A DNA stretch of 64,000 bases, from NCBI RefSeq assembly GCF_006345805.1, contig NC_042997.1:88722001-88786000 (forward strand), written 5' to 3'. This DNA is from Octopus sinensis. Taxonomy: Eukaryota. Both the position numbers and the translations under genes were made by a program. Under the pieces are notes generated by a model. It was not told the origin of the DNA. It worked only from the letters and a program-made list of their open reading frames with translations, and did not search any database. Position 1 is the first letter of the stretch, and the number at the start of each line of letters is the position of its first letter. This document shows positions 1-12,275 of the stretch, one piece after another.

Positions 1-37
1 TGTTATTGATGAAACTGCTCTAGAGGATATACTTGGA
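1..37 (+). CDS. LONP2: Peroxisomal Lon protease homolog 2, partial internal exon (VIDETALEDILG)
   Basis: The frame from base 2 reads VIDETALEDILG, then donor GTAAGA at 38. It joins in phase 0 to PPMY at 1960, matching the '...ILGPPMY' junction of LONP2 orthologues. Confidence 0.85.
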
Positions 38-169
38 GTAAGACGTTTGGATTCTTTCTCTTAGTCAAATCTCATAAACCACCACCACTACCACTACTAC
101 TACTATTATCATCACTACTTCTGTTATCTTTATCACAACCATTCCATTGTTAATATTACTATTATCACT

Positions 170-380
170 AAGGCAGTGAGCTGGTTGATTCGTTAGCACA
201 CTGCAAAATGCTTAGCAGTATTTTGTTCATCTTTATGTTCTGACTTCAAATTCCGCCAAAGTCGACTTTGCCTTTCATCCTTTCAGGGTCGATAAAAAAG
301 CACCAGTTGAATCTTGGGGTGAAATTAATCGACTTAACCTGTCCTCTGAACTTGCTGGCCTTGTGCCAAAATCTGAAATT
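170..380 (+). mobile_element. tRNA-derived SINE, family A (CpG-decayed copy)
   Basis: Matches the window's frequent repeat AAGGCGGCGAGCTGGCAGAA...TTCAAATTCCGCC...GTCGACTTTGCCTTTCATCCTTTC...GTCGATAAA, with A/B-box-like motifs. Confidence 0.75.
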
Positions 381-1959
381 GATATTACTATAACCACTAT
401 TCATGATGTTTGGCCAAAATTTCTTCATGAATTATGCTTGTATCTTTGTTTTGATTCCCTATCATCATGTTACTTACTATATTACTGTGTCTGTCCATGT
501 GTGTGCATGTACACCTGTGTTATTATACGATAAGGTGATGCAGTATCTTTAAAAACTACATCTGTAATCCAGCTTCATTTCCACTTTTAAATGACATCAC
601 TCATGTCACTAATACTCCAAGAAAAGACTTGGACATTTACAACCTCTCACTCTGTTTTTTTCCTGAAAGATGTTATGCCTATGCAAAAAATAACAAAGCA
701 AAAAGAAAACCCAGTTAATACTCAACAAATTAAAGTTGTGATAGGATTCTGCAGTAGTGACTGTTGTATGGTCTTTAATTGGGTACTGTAATCTTGAATT
801 CAATATCTATTACGATTCAGCATTGGTCTCATGTTTTGTTCCCTTTTACATGTCTTAGGAGAGATGATAGAGCAATGTCTATGATCCTTTTCAGGGCCAC
901 TAAGATTGGTGGAGAGAAAAGAGGGAGTTATTCTTGTACCAGAGATATGTCCTGAATGCTTTCAGTAGATTGTACTCTATTAAAGGCATCTGAAGGTCAG
1001 TTGGTAGTGTTGAGTTAGCAGATTAAATCTAATGCCTAAAAACAAGAACAGTCCCTTCAGGCTTCTGTATAATTTTCATTTATCTCATTTTACTTGCAGG
1101 GTTTTGATCAACCCAAAGCTATAGTTAAAGGTATTTGACCCAAGGTGTTATGCAATGGGAGTGAATCTGAAATCGTGTGGTTGCAAAATAAACTCCTTAA
1201 CCACAAAGCCATATATTTCTTTCTTGAAAAACATCTCAAATCTTCCTCTTCTTATGCCTCATCACCATAATTATCATCACTATCATTATCATCTTCATCA
1301 TGTGGATTGTGGTATTGGTAGAGTCTGAACTAAATGCTTTACAGCATTCAATTATATTGCACTACATTTTGAGTTCAAATCCTACTGAGTTTGTTAAACA
1401 TATGCTAGTGGCTAATCAATTGTCATTACTGATTGCTGAAATATTTGGCCTTATACCAACATAAACCGTTATTCTCTCATGGATTAAGTAGAGACTGAGT
1501 AATTGGATGATGTTATGATTTTAGTACAGGTAATATGCTTAATAGCTAATAAATAGTTTGACAAGACATGAGTGTGGAGAAAAGTTATGTGTTTTAATAG
1601 GAGTGAAGATTGTATAAAGTTAAGGAGTAAATCTAAAAGGTGAGTTAATGTGTTTCTTTGGAAGAAAGTGATTGGTAGATTGATTTTAGTTATAGACAAC
1701 AGTATTGCTATGAAATTGAGGCATAGGGATAAAGCCGGGGCAAGTATTGTCATGATTAGTGGTGAGTAAAGGAAATGGATATCCTGGAAGAAGGAAGAGA
1801 CTTGTGTGATGGCTGGAATTTTGTATTATATTGGTTTTACTGTCATCACCCATCAGATAAGGAAATAGTTTGCAGAGAGGACTTGGGAATTGGAATTGTT
1901 TATTTTATATTTTGTGTTTTTTAGGAATTGAAAATTAATGACAGCTATTTTATTTGTAG

Positions 1960-2172
1960 CCACCTATGTATTACAATGAAATGTCTGAGCGTTTGTCCCA
2001 ACCTGGAGTAGCTGTTGGTCTGGCCTGGACTGAGAATGGAGGGCAAATTATGTTTGTAGAAGCTCTAAGTATGGCTGGAGAAGGTCAGCTCACTTTGACT
2101 GGACAGCTTGGTGATGTAATGAAGGAGTCAGCCACACTGGCCCTTAACTGGGTGAGGAGTCATGCTAAAAAG
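1960..2172 (+). CDS. LONP2: LONP2 exon, start of Lon protease domain ([28 protein letters not shown]...WVRSHAKK)
   Basis: Acceptor tttgtAG at 1958-59 and donor GTAATC at 2173. The exon is 213 bp, phase 0-0, with Lon motifs GLAWT, GG.IMFVEA and [13 protein letters not shown]. Confidence 0.96.
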
Positions 2173-3824
2173 GTAATCATTATCAACACAGGGGTTAGGA
2201 AAATCAATTTGTTTTCTAGCCTCATACTGTATCTTGAGCTTGTCGCTTTTAATAAACCACATAATAGTTATGTAGAAAGGAGTAGTTATACAAAATTGTA
2301 TCGCTCTCTCTTTTAAATCATTTTTGCTTTTTAATCCTCCAGGACCAATAAAGTTTATATTTACCTTCTACAAATTTGTCATGTGCCAATGTGAGAAATT
2401 AGTATTAACCACCACTTTATCTGCTTCTGCTACAAGATATACAAATGTTAGTGCACCTTTAAAAAAAGTAGATAAAAATAACCACTGTGTAAAATAAAAT
2501 GTGTTTAGTTTATAATAAAGATTTCATAGGGGTATTAATATTTGTGATTAGTTTATAAGACTGGTCTCTCTCTCTCTCTCTGTACATTCCACATAAACAT
2601 ATACACATATCATTTGAAAACATATCAGATTAGTCATTGTCATGACCAACTATGAACAGTGTACTAATGTATGTTTGTTTGCTAGAAAAGAATCAATAGT
2701 ATGGAAGAGAAAATCAGTTTTGAATCACTAATGAGGTTTCTTAAGTGAGCTCTAAGCTGGAAGTTAACAAGTACCTATATAACTAAGACTGGAAAGCTTC
2801 TCATACATTTTTTTTTGATATTGCCCTTATGATATTGAAATTTTATCTAATCAAGGACTACTTTCATTAACAAGGCTTTCAGTCAGAAATTATGTGACCC
2901 AGGATTTCATAGATTGTGTGGTCCGTCCCATGTGTGTGGTACAGTAAAATAAGCTTGTTGGCAGAAAGCACAAGTAACACCTGACTGAAGATAAGTTGGC
3001 ACATATCAAGATTACTCACTCAGGGCTGTTACTGGCAAAGCACACTGAAATCATGTAGTACACAAATACTAGTACCAGTTAAAGTGCTCTCTGTAAACTC
3101 TGATCATGAAATAAATATCTGCTTATCACTATAAATAGCTCAGATCAATAAAAACAGTACCCACTTTCTTGATCTTTGCAATCATTTCATCAATGATATG
3201 ATCATTCATCAATTGCTATAATGAATTAATTGACCAGTTCAAAAGATTTGTACATGATTCAGAGGGATGATAGTATCTCTTTCTTTTTGCAGAAATTTAC
3301 ATTTTGAATGGTCAAAATAAGTCAAATTGAGTGTTGGTGTTATACAACTTACTTAATACTTACAGAACATGTTATCATATAAAACCAGAATGCTCTTGTA
3401 CTCAATGTTGGCTAGATTGTTGTACAGAATGCCCAAAGTTATTTAACTCTGGAAGTTATTGTTTAGCTTCAGACCATTGATTGAATGGATTCCTATTGTG
3501 ACCACCTGTTGTTTTTAGTGGTATATAAGATCATATCACTTGATGAGTCCTTTCTTTAATTAAGTTGGTAGGGTGTTTAGAGAGATTTTGCTGCTGATGA
3601 GTTGACAATAAAGACTTCTTTATTGAGCTGAACTCTGGAAATATAAGAAATTGAGAGAGATGTCAATATCATTTGATTAATTATTTTTTTTTTAAACAGT
3701 CAACGCTAAACTAAAAAGAAAACAAAACATACTGAATACACACACACACAGATACACATGGACGCTAATACAAGCAACTGAAGAATTGTTTCACACTCTA
3801 TCTTAAAATGTATGTGTGTGTGTG

Positions 3825-3944
<120 letters not shown>

Positions 3945-4131
3945 CACACACACACATATATATATACACACACACACACACATACATACACATATACACA
4001 CACTTGCACACACATACACAAGAATAATATAACACAAGGATGGAGGATATCAGGCTTTAATAGATCACATTTCTTTCTGCACCACACACCAGCTTTTGAA
4101 GTTGCTGAGTTTATATTAATACACTGCTATT

Positions 4132-4282
4132 GAAGGTCATTCTTTACAATTACTATATAGTTGAATACTCAATATTCAGTAAAATCCAACAAGAATTGAT
4201 TGTCTTCCACCTGACGAAGTGTCCAAACACAACTGTTGCTCAAAACTATTCAGCTATATAGTAATTATAAAGAATGACTTTC
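4132..4282. repeat. Small fold-back element (about 36-bp arms) enclosing a partial hammerhead core
   Basis: Arms 4132-4167 and 4247-4282 are reverse complements with a few mismatches. The loop contains CTGACGA-A-GTGT-CCAA-ACAC. Confidence 0.7.
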
Positions 4283-4545
4283 TATAATATATATATAGTT
4301 ATAAACTCAGTGACTTAAAGCTGGTGTGCAATGCAGAAACAAATACAGTGATCTACTATTAAAACTTGATATCCTTCATCCTTGTGTTATGTTATTTTTG
4401 TATTAATTTTGTGCAAAGAGGAGTTGGGGAGTTCCGCATGTGCATGCAGCCCTGGGATGTACCCTACTGTAGGATAACATGTGGTAACCAAATAACAATA
4501 TAAGAGCTCTTAAATGCATGTTACAAGATTTTAACCTGAATTATA

Positions 4546-4590
<45 letters not shown>

Positions 4591-4594
<4 letters not shown>

Positions 4595-4844
4595 ATAAAT
4601 ATTAGGGAATGAATCCAAAATTACAGGGAAAAATCAGATTTAGGGTTAAATCCAATTTTATAGTAAAATATTATATAATATAATTCGAGACAAAACCACT
4701 ATTTTAAAACCAAACAAGGAAAGACTTAATCAATACATAAAATTTTAATATAAATAAAATAAATAAATAAATAAAATAAATAAATTTTATGTATTGATTA
4801 AGTCTTTCCTTGTTTGGTTTTAAAATAGTGGTTTTGTCTCGAAT

Positions 4845-4854
<10 letters not shown>
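4591..4854. mobile_element. Fold-back element between (TA)n runs; perfect 73-bp inverted repeat
   Basis: 4673-4745 is the reverse complement of 4782-4854. The leader AATATTAGGGAAT...TTACAGG is shared with the element at 60711. Confidence 0.75.
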
Positions 4855-4891
<37 letters not shown>

Positions 4892-5078
4892 TAGATGTAC
4901 TTGTCAGGCAAATGGTTTGATCTGAGGCCAGGTGGAACTGTGTCACAGACAAGGTTGCAGTCAGGGTTACAAAAAATTTGCATTTAATGATAAATTCTTA
5001 AGTGAACCTAACAGTTTTTGTGTATTTTTGAATGGTTAATGTTTTCCACATGGTAATTGCACTTTGTATATATATATA

Positions 5079-6358
5079 TAGGGTCATCCCATAAATAATG
5101 TGTTTTTTTTTATACTTCTTTTATTTTTCAAAATTAAGGTCAATTTCATTTTTAATCTAAAATATACTCTCCTTCGTTTTCTACAATGCTCTTCCATCTG
5201 TCTGGTAGACTTGCAAGGCCCCTCTTCCAAATTCCCTTGTCTGTGATGAAAAATACTCCTTCACTACTGTTCTGACCTTGTCTACAGAATTCGTGTTTTT
5301 TCCATCCAAATGATTTTGAAGACTGCAGAATAAATGATAATCAGATGGGGCAATGTCTGGCAAATATGGTGGGTGGGGCATTGTTTCCCATTCAAACTGC
5401 TCCAGCCTTTGGAATGTAATCCTTACTGTATGTGGCTGAGCATTATCCTGATGGAAAAGCACTTTTTGTCTTGAAACTAAAGATCTGGTCAGTTTTCTTC
5501 TAGGGCTGACTTAAGCTGCTCGAGCTGTTCACAGTAGATCTTTATCATTTCATTTGGGTTTAAAAGTTCAAAGTGGACTAAACCTTTCATATCCCAGCAA
5601 ACAGATAACACGTTATGTAGGTGAAAATCTTCTTTAGCCTGGTGTGCTGGTGTTTCTCCTTTCCCTACCCACTGTTTTAGACACTTGAGATTTTTATAGA
5701 GAACCTATTTCTCATCACCGCTCACTATTTGGTCCAAAAAAAAGGTTAATTTGTGAGACGTGACAACAAAAAAGAGTACACATTCACTCTCTGCACGTGA
5801 TTAGACTTAGAAAGTTTGTGAGGAAACCATCTACCCAATTTGCTGAATGTTTTGATGGCACACAGGTATCGATGAATGGTTGAATGACCAAATCTAAGCT
5901 TTTCTGCTAGTTCCTCAACAGTTACAATGAGATTTTGTTCCACCAGGGTTTGCAGGACGTCCTTGTGAAGCTCTACAAATCTTCCAGGACAAGGCTCGTC
6001 TTCTAGGCTGTAGTTTCCAGCTTTGGGATTTCTTGATCTTCCATTGACACTAGCTTACACTTATTGTCAGATCCCCATATACTGCATTAATGTTCCTTGC
6101 ACTTTCCATTGTGTTGTTGCCTTTTTTGAACTCCTAAAGCAAAATGTGCCAAATATGCTCCTTTGTCACTTCCAGTATAGCTTTGAAAAAATAACTGTTA
6201 AAATCGAACTGCACTCTTCAAAACTCGCACTAAGAATAAGGACATGGTAAAATTACTACCTGCTTTTATAGCAAGTTGATGCAGGTAGTTTATTCTGTTC
6301 TCCTCTGACTTTTAGTTCATGCAATTGAAAAAATCACATTATTTATGGGATGACCCAA
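5079..6358 (-). mobile_element. Mariner DNA transposon, full-length (about 1.28 kb), decayed transposase
   Basis: TIRs GGGTCATCCCATAAATAATGTG (5081-5102) and its complement (6335-6356) with flanking TA. ORF fragments carry WFPHKL, HQDNAQPH and PPYLPDIAPSDYHLF (D,D34D type) and are broken by stops and frameshifts. Confidence 0.93.
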
Positions 6359-6587
6359 TATATATATAATTTTCTTTCACTTTGGGGTAAGTCAGTCTCA
6401 TGCTACTCTAAGTTTCACCTGAAAATCCTGTGTATCTATAGGTGAAACTCAGCTTAGAAGAGACTGACTTGACCAAAATAAATATATTATTAAACTCTAC
6501 CATGGTATTGAATACTCTTTTTTCTGACAGTTAGCTCTAAACACACATATATTGAATGTTGATACATTATTTTATGTTCTATTGTAG

Positions 6588-6785
6588 CTTGGTTTGGAAA
6601 CTTTCTCTGTGGATCGGAAAAACATAGATTTACACATTCATTTCCCGGCTGGAGCTGTTGGTAAAGATGGACCGTCTGCTGGAGTTACCGTTGTCTGCGT
6701 CTTGGTGTCTTTGTTCAGTGGGCATGCTGTTCGTTCTGATACAGCTATGACAGGGGAGATAACTCTGAGAGGCCTCGTGCTGCCG
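6588..6785 (+). CDS. LONP2: LONP2 exon with catalytic Ser ([17 protein letters not shown]...[14 protein letters not shown])
   Basis: Acceptor attgtAG and donor GTGAGA. The exon is 198 bp, phase 0-0, and carries the KDGPSAG Lon active-site motif. Confidence 0.97.
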
Positions 6786-7706
6786 GTGAGACAGCTTTTT
6801 GTTTTTATTATAACGTGATGATATATTTACTGCCGAATTAAAATTTATGAGAAAAAAAAAACCTACTTTAGAAAAATACATTCTGTTATGCACACACACG
6901 CACACATACATACACACAAATAATTTTATGCCTGTTATTTCATGTAAATGTTAACAGATGATTCAGTAACATTGGTGGCATAGATTGTTTTGGATCAAAT
7001 TTCTACAGATGGATGAATTTGGCAAACACTAATCGCTCAGCTGTGAAATGGAAACGATATCTATATTGTTTTTTTTTATCTTTTGTTGTTTTTTTCCTTC
7101 TTATAAATAAATCAGTGTTGTTGTTGTTGTTATTGCAAAAATAACAAAGTTAGTTTTTACCTTGTCTGACTCAATCAGCCATCTTCAAAAATACAAAAAA
7201 AGGGAAAAAATATCTGACATCATTTGCATCAATTCTATTCATCATCATCATCGTTTTTTCCTTTATGTCTTTTTTTTTTTTGAATAGATGTGACTTCTTG
7301 GAGCAGTATTCTGTATCCAGTGCTAATGCCAACCTATCCAACCAATGCCAGCTTCAAAAATATGTAAAAATAATAAATGAAATGATGATAATAGCCATGT
7401 GTATATATGTATATATGCACATATGTCTATCTATCTATATATACCTGTATGAAGGCACGTGACCTAGTGGTTAGGGTGTTGTACTTACAAATGCAAGATC
7501 TTGGGTTTGAGTTCCTCTTGAGCAAAACACATCATTTCATGTTGCTCCAGTTCACTCAGCTGTCAATGACTAACCCTGTGTTCCATCTAGGGGGAATGTT
7601 GGCTTGCCCACCTAGCCAGCAGGATGGCATTATTTGAAAGTAACAACAGTGCAAGAAAGCACATTTTGACCAGAAGTAACATTATATGATAGTCTGATCA
7701 ATAATA

Positions 7707-7740
<34 letters not shown>

Positions 7741-8120
7741 GTAGGTGCAGGAATGGCTGTGTGATAAGTTTGCTTACCAACTACATGATTCCAGTTTCAG
7801 TCCCGCTGCATGACACCTTGGGCAAGTATCTTCTACTCTAGCCTCGGGTTGACCAAAGCTTAGTGAGTGGATTTGGTTACAGAAACTGAAAGAAGTCCAT
7901 TGTGTATGTTTATCTATTTGTATCTGTTTGTCCCCACCACTGCTTGACAACTGGTGTTGGTGTGTTTACATACCTGTAACTTAGCAGTTCAGCAAAAGAG
8001 ACTGATAGAATAAGTACCAAACTAAGGAAAAAGTACTGGGGGTCAATTCATTTGGTTAAAATTTCCCAAGGTTGTACCTCAGCATGGCAGCAGTCTAATG
8101 ACTGAAACAAGTAAAAATTA
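7741..8120 (+). mobile_element. tRNA-derived SINE: family B head, short simple-repeat linker, family C 3' module
   Basis: Head GGCTGTGTG...GTTTCAGTCCC...CCTTGGGCAAGT recurs at 13512 and 35924(-). The 3' module GCTTGACAACTGGTGTTGG...TGACTGAAACAAGTAAAA recurs at 41750, 58740 and 35140(-). Confidence 0.7.
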
Positions 8121-9210
8121 AGATATGTATTTATGTATGTATATATATTCGCATCTACTGTGTTGGCAAGTTTCCACACAGTTTTATCTACCAAATTTCA
8201 TCAACAAGATATTGGTCAACCCAAGGCCTCAGTAGAAGACACTTGTATAACGTACAGTGGGATAGAACCTGAAACCACATGGTTGTGAAGTGAAATTCTT
8301 AACCCCAAAGCCATACCTGTGTTTATTATTAATAATACCTGCTAAAGAAATATTCATCAAGAATAAGTACTAGGCTTACAAAGAATAAGTCCTGGGGTCG
8401 ATTTGCTCGAGTAAAGGCGGTGCTCCAGCATGGTCACAGTCAAATGACTGAAACAAGTAAAAGAGTAAAAAAGAGTAAAAGAGTAAGTCTTTGTCAATCC
8501 TCAGCTTAAGTGTTTTGTAATCATATTTCTAATGGAATGTACCATGTACATATTTCAATGATCTAAGTGAAATACAAACATTTTAAACAATCAGTTTTGT
8601 AACTAAACAGTAGAGGCACTCTGAGTCAGATTAGTTTCAAAAGAACTAAAATAATGAGTCATGCTTTGACATCAATTTTGTGTGATGTTCATTACATCAA
8701 ATATGTTAACTCTAACTTAATTTTTTTCCATGCAGACGGCATCACTGAGTAATTAATCACAGTGATATTTTTAATGTTCTTTTATATTGTTGACTATTGT
8801 TGTTGAAATTTTGGTTCAGCTTATGTGACATATAAAGCACTTTGTCTTTGGGTGTATGTGTGTATATGTATGTACATATATACACACACATACAAGTGAA
8901 GTGCTGTTAGTTTCTGGTTGTCTCAACCTCTGTTGTGCCACTGGTTTTATAGGTGATTGCATTGGAAAGTAGGTTCAATGTTGTTCCACACTTTATCCAC
9001 TCAAAGTGAATTCATACTGAGGAACTCTTGGACTTTCAGAACTTTTGCATGGCCTTAATGTGCTTAAGAAGGGGTCTTACTTGATCATGAATCAACTTCT
9101 GTCGCTTTGGAGTAAAGATTACTTGCCAGCATAACATGGCAGTCCTGGTTTAGGACGAATGTTGCTGTAATTTAGCCAAGGGAAGCTAGCACCCCCACTC
9201 AGCTCAAACA

Positions 9211-9253
9211 CTGTGTATCGCGATTTCTGGGTTATTTCCCTTCATCAGTGCAG
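9211..9253 (-). ncRNA. Type I hammerhead ribozyme motif (inverted copy, weaker stem I)
   Basis: RNA sense: CUGCA CUGAUGA A GGG AAAUAA CCC A GAAA UCGCGA UA CACAG. Stem III is the palindrome AUCGCGAU and the triplet is AUA. Confidence 0.55.
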
Positions 9254-9948
9254 AATAATTGTTCGGCTAGAAGTTTATTCTTTATTCTAGGCACAAGGCC
9301 CAAACACAGAAGGGACATACATAGACATGCAGGGACAAACAACAAGTGAAAATGAATAAGTGAATATAGTACAATGATATGAGATGGCTATTTCAGCCCC
9401 ACTCCGAGACGAAACCGTGACTGTCTTTTTCCTTTCAAACTTATTTTCAATGTAATCGTTCTTTTTCGTAAACAAACTCATATCCAATTAAAGTTTATAC
9501 CATATAAATCCAGTAATTTATCATAGTCTTTTACGTCCAGTACTTCATTTGTGTCGAATACCATTTTTCTGTATTCCGCGCATTCTTTACAGTCTCTTAT
9601 TTTCATTCTGTGTTCTGGCACCAGTGTGCCTAAAACCATTTTTTCTATTTTCATTCCCTTTATGTCTATCACTTTTACATCTTTCCATTGTACTAATTTA
9701 TATCCACCACATCTTTTTTTATACTTTTCAATAAAGCACAAACAAAACAAGTGGGAAGGTCGTTTTGCAGTTTTTTTGTATGACTGTTGTTCTTTTCTGT
9801 TTTGTGTTGGAGGGGAATGGATGGGTTTGGTGTCTGCAGGGGGAGAGTAGAGTTGAGAGGGTATTGGTGGAGTGAGTTTGAGTTGGGGTTCACTTAAGCT
9901 GTCCTTTTTCCTCTTCCTCTGTTTTCTTCCCGTATCCTTCCATCCATT

Positions 9949-9991
9949 CTGTGCTGATGAAGGGAAATAACCAGGAAATTGCGATACACAG
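9949..9991 (+). ncRNA. Type I hammerhead ribozyme motif
   Basis: CUGUG CUGAUGA A GGGAAAUAACCAG GAAA UUGCGA UA CACAG. Stem I is CUGUG/CACAG, both core halves are intact, the triplet is AUA, and stem II is imperfect. Confidence 0.65.
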
Positions 9992-11074
9992 ATATTGTTT
10001 TGTGCTGAGTTGGGGTGCTAAATTCCCTTGTTTGAAAATATAAGGACACAGATCATGTCATATAGCCAGCTGAAGATGATGTCTTTTGGGGCTAAATTAT
10101 AGCAGCATTTGTCCTAAACTGGGACTGCCATGTTATATTGGCAAACAATCTTTACTCCAAAGTACTGTTGCTGAATGTCTCTCATTGTGAGATTTACAAA
10201 TAGTAATTTTCTATCACTTTGTGCATACATATTCACATGGGTAGTGGATGCAATATGGCAGAAATGTTAAGCATGTTTCTTAATCCTAAGATTCCAGTTT
10301 CAATCTCACTGCATGGCATGTTGGGTAAGTCCTGTGGGCGAAACTGTGTTGACAAAACTTGAAGAAGGTCATCAAATGGACTTTACTTGTAATTCAAAGG
10401 TTTAGTCTTTTGTGCATTTTGTCAGACTGATTCTGTCTGAGAATTATTGTTAAGAACACACATGTTTATATTATACTCATCTCCTTACATGCTAATTTAA
10501 TGAGCTGGTAGTTCAATTGACCAACTGAATAATCATTGTTGAAGTTGATGGAGGCTCATTAATTTTTTTATTGGATACAGGTTGTGTCTGTTTGATTTTG
10601 ATAGTTTATTATTCTTAACTTTAATGACTTGGTTGACCCTGCCAGAATATCATTTCCTATCACCATTAGTTTTGGAATTTCTAAACATTATAATTTCTCG
10701 ATTTCTGATAAAGCAGCAGATAGAAAAAAGATGTGAGATAGTTATTAAAGATTGGTACTGCCAAATATTTTTATTTTGTTATAGCTTCTTATTATGAAAC
10801 AAGTCTTTTACATTGGTAGTTGAATCACTGTGTAGTATGTAACTTTTAACATCTCTTTGTTGTTTGTTATTTTAGCCCAAGGTCAACTCTGATGGCACAG
10901 AGTTTTGATCAAAAGTTTTCTAACTTTGACCATCCCATCTTTTGTATACCAGAGACTACATTATCCAATTTAAGTGAGACTTCAATGCTGTTTCTCTGGC
11001 TGGAGATTATCTAGCATATGTTGCTCTCAGACTATTTACCATGATACCTCTAATCTCTCCTTGTTGCATTTCAG

Positions 11075-11185
11075 GTTGGTGGCATCAAAGAGAAAGTCTT
11101 GGCTGCCCATCGAGCAGGAATACGACGGATAATTATGCCTAAGAAAAATGAGAAAGACTTACATGAGATCCCAGTAAATGTAAAA
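11075..11185 (+). CDS. LONP2: LONP2 exon with catalytic Lys ([37 protein letters not shown])
   Basis: Acceptor catttcAG and donor GTAAGT. The exon is 111 bp, phase 0-0, with the GGIKEK.LAA.RAG motif. It is absent from the ORF track and was read manually. Confidence 0.96.
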
Positions 11186-11245
11186 GTAAGTTGTGAGCAG
11201 GGGCTCACTATCTGTTATATTATGTCTCTTGTTTAAGTGTCCATT

Positions 11246-11440
11246 CATCATCATCATCATCATCATCCTTTAATGTCTGTTTTCCATGCCAGCATAAGTT
11301 GGATGGTTTAACCAGAGCTGGAAAGCAGGTGAGCTGCACCAGTTTCTGATTTGGCCTCATTTCTACAGCTTATTTCCCATTGCTAATGCCAACCACTTTA
11401 CAGTGTATGCTGGGTGCTTTTAATGTGGCAACAGTACAAA
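11246..11440 (-). mobile_element. SINE 3' module with (TGA)n tail
   Basis: Reverse complement of the copy at 12100-12275. It ends ...GCATGG..ACAGACATTAA.GATGATGAT. Related pieces lie at about 7230, 14030 and 14380. Confidence 0.65.
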
Positions 11441-12099
11441 GTAAGAGCACAAGTGCTCTTACATGGTGCATGGTGCTGACATGAGTGCTTTTTATGTGGC
11501 AGCAGTGCAGGGCTCTTGCAGGTTAATCCTCTTCATGAGGGGGAGTGGAATTAACACTTCTGTTGTGGAAGAGAGGTCTTCTTGAGTACAGCAAGGTGCC
11601 AGATATCTCAGTCCTTTGTCATCCTTTCTTTCCTATCCTTAGCTTCACTTATTAAGCCACTCTTTTCTTATTCTATTCCTACTGTCTACATCTATTTCAC
11701 AATAAACCCTGCTTTCTTTCCTAACTTGTAGCAACAAAAACCATGTTCTCTCTAACAACTCTCATCACTCATATTGTGCCTTTCATGCTCCTCTCTTCTT
11801 TTTGACCCACCACTAACCACTATCTGTGAGCCTTTCTTCCCAAACGGAATGGCAACCCTCAGTAATATCTTCTCCCACTCATATTTTTCTTGAAGTTATT
11901 GACTTACAAAGCTGAGGACTATCAACCACATCAAACATCACCAGATTGTGAGTGCCTGCAAGTGTTGTAGCCTCTATATTTTCTCCCAGTCTAAAAATAT
12001 CATGCTCCTTTACCTGTTCATCCCATGTGATCACTTTCATTAAACATTAAGAATATCACCACCACCATAATCTATTTGGTGTCACATAAAAGTGCCAGT

Positions 12100-12275
12100 G
12101 CCATGTAAAAGCACCCAGTACACTCTGTAAAGTGGTTGGCATTAGGAAGGGCATCCAGTCCTAGAGACTATGTCAAAACAGACAAATGGAGCCCAGGCAG
12201 CCCTTGAGCTGGTCAACTCATGTCCAGCTATCCAATTTATGCCAGCATGGAGGACAGACATTAAAAGATGATGAT
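12100..12275 (+). mobile_element. SINE 3' module with (TGA)n tail
   Basis: GTAAAAGCACCCAGTACACTCTGTAAAGTGGTTGGCATTAGGAAGGGCATCCAG...ATGCCAGCATGGAGGACAGACATTAAAAGATGATGAT. Confidence 0.65.

Larger units (their letters stand above)
9113..10161 (-). mobile_element. Decayed Penelope-like element remnant: GIY-YIG-like ORF between inverted hammerhead-bearing arms
   Basis: Arms about 9113-9255 and 9944-10161 are reverse complements. ORF 9478-9750(-) resembles a decayed PLE endonuclease (YK..Q(W/C)KD..VI(D/Y)I.G...EH..KIR...AE...FD.NEVLD). Confidence 0.6.
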
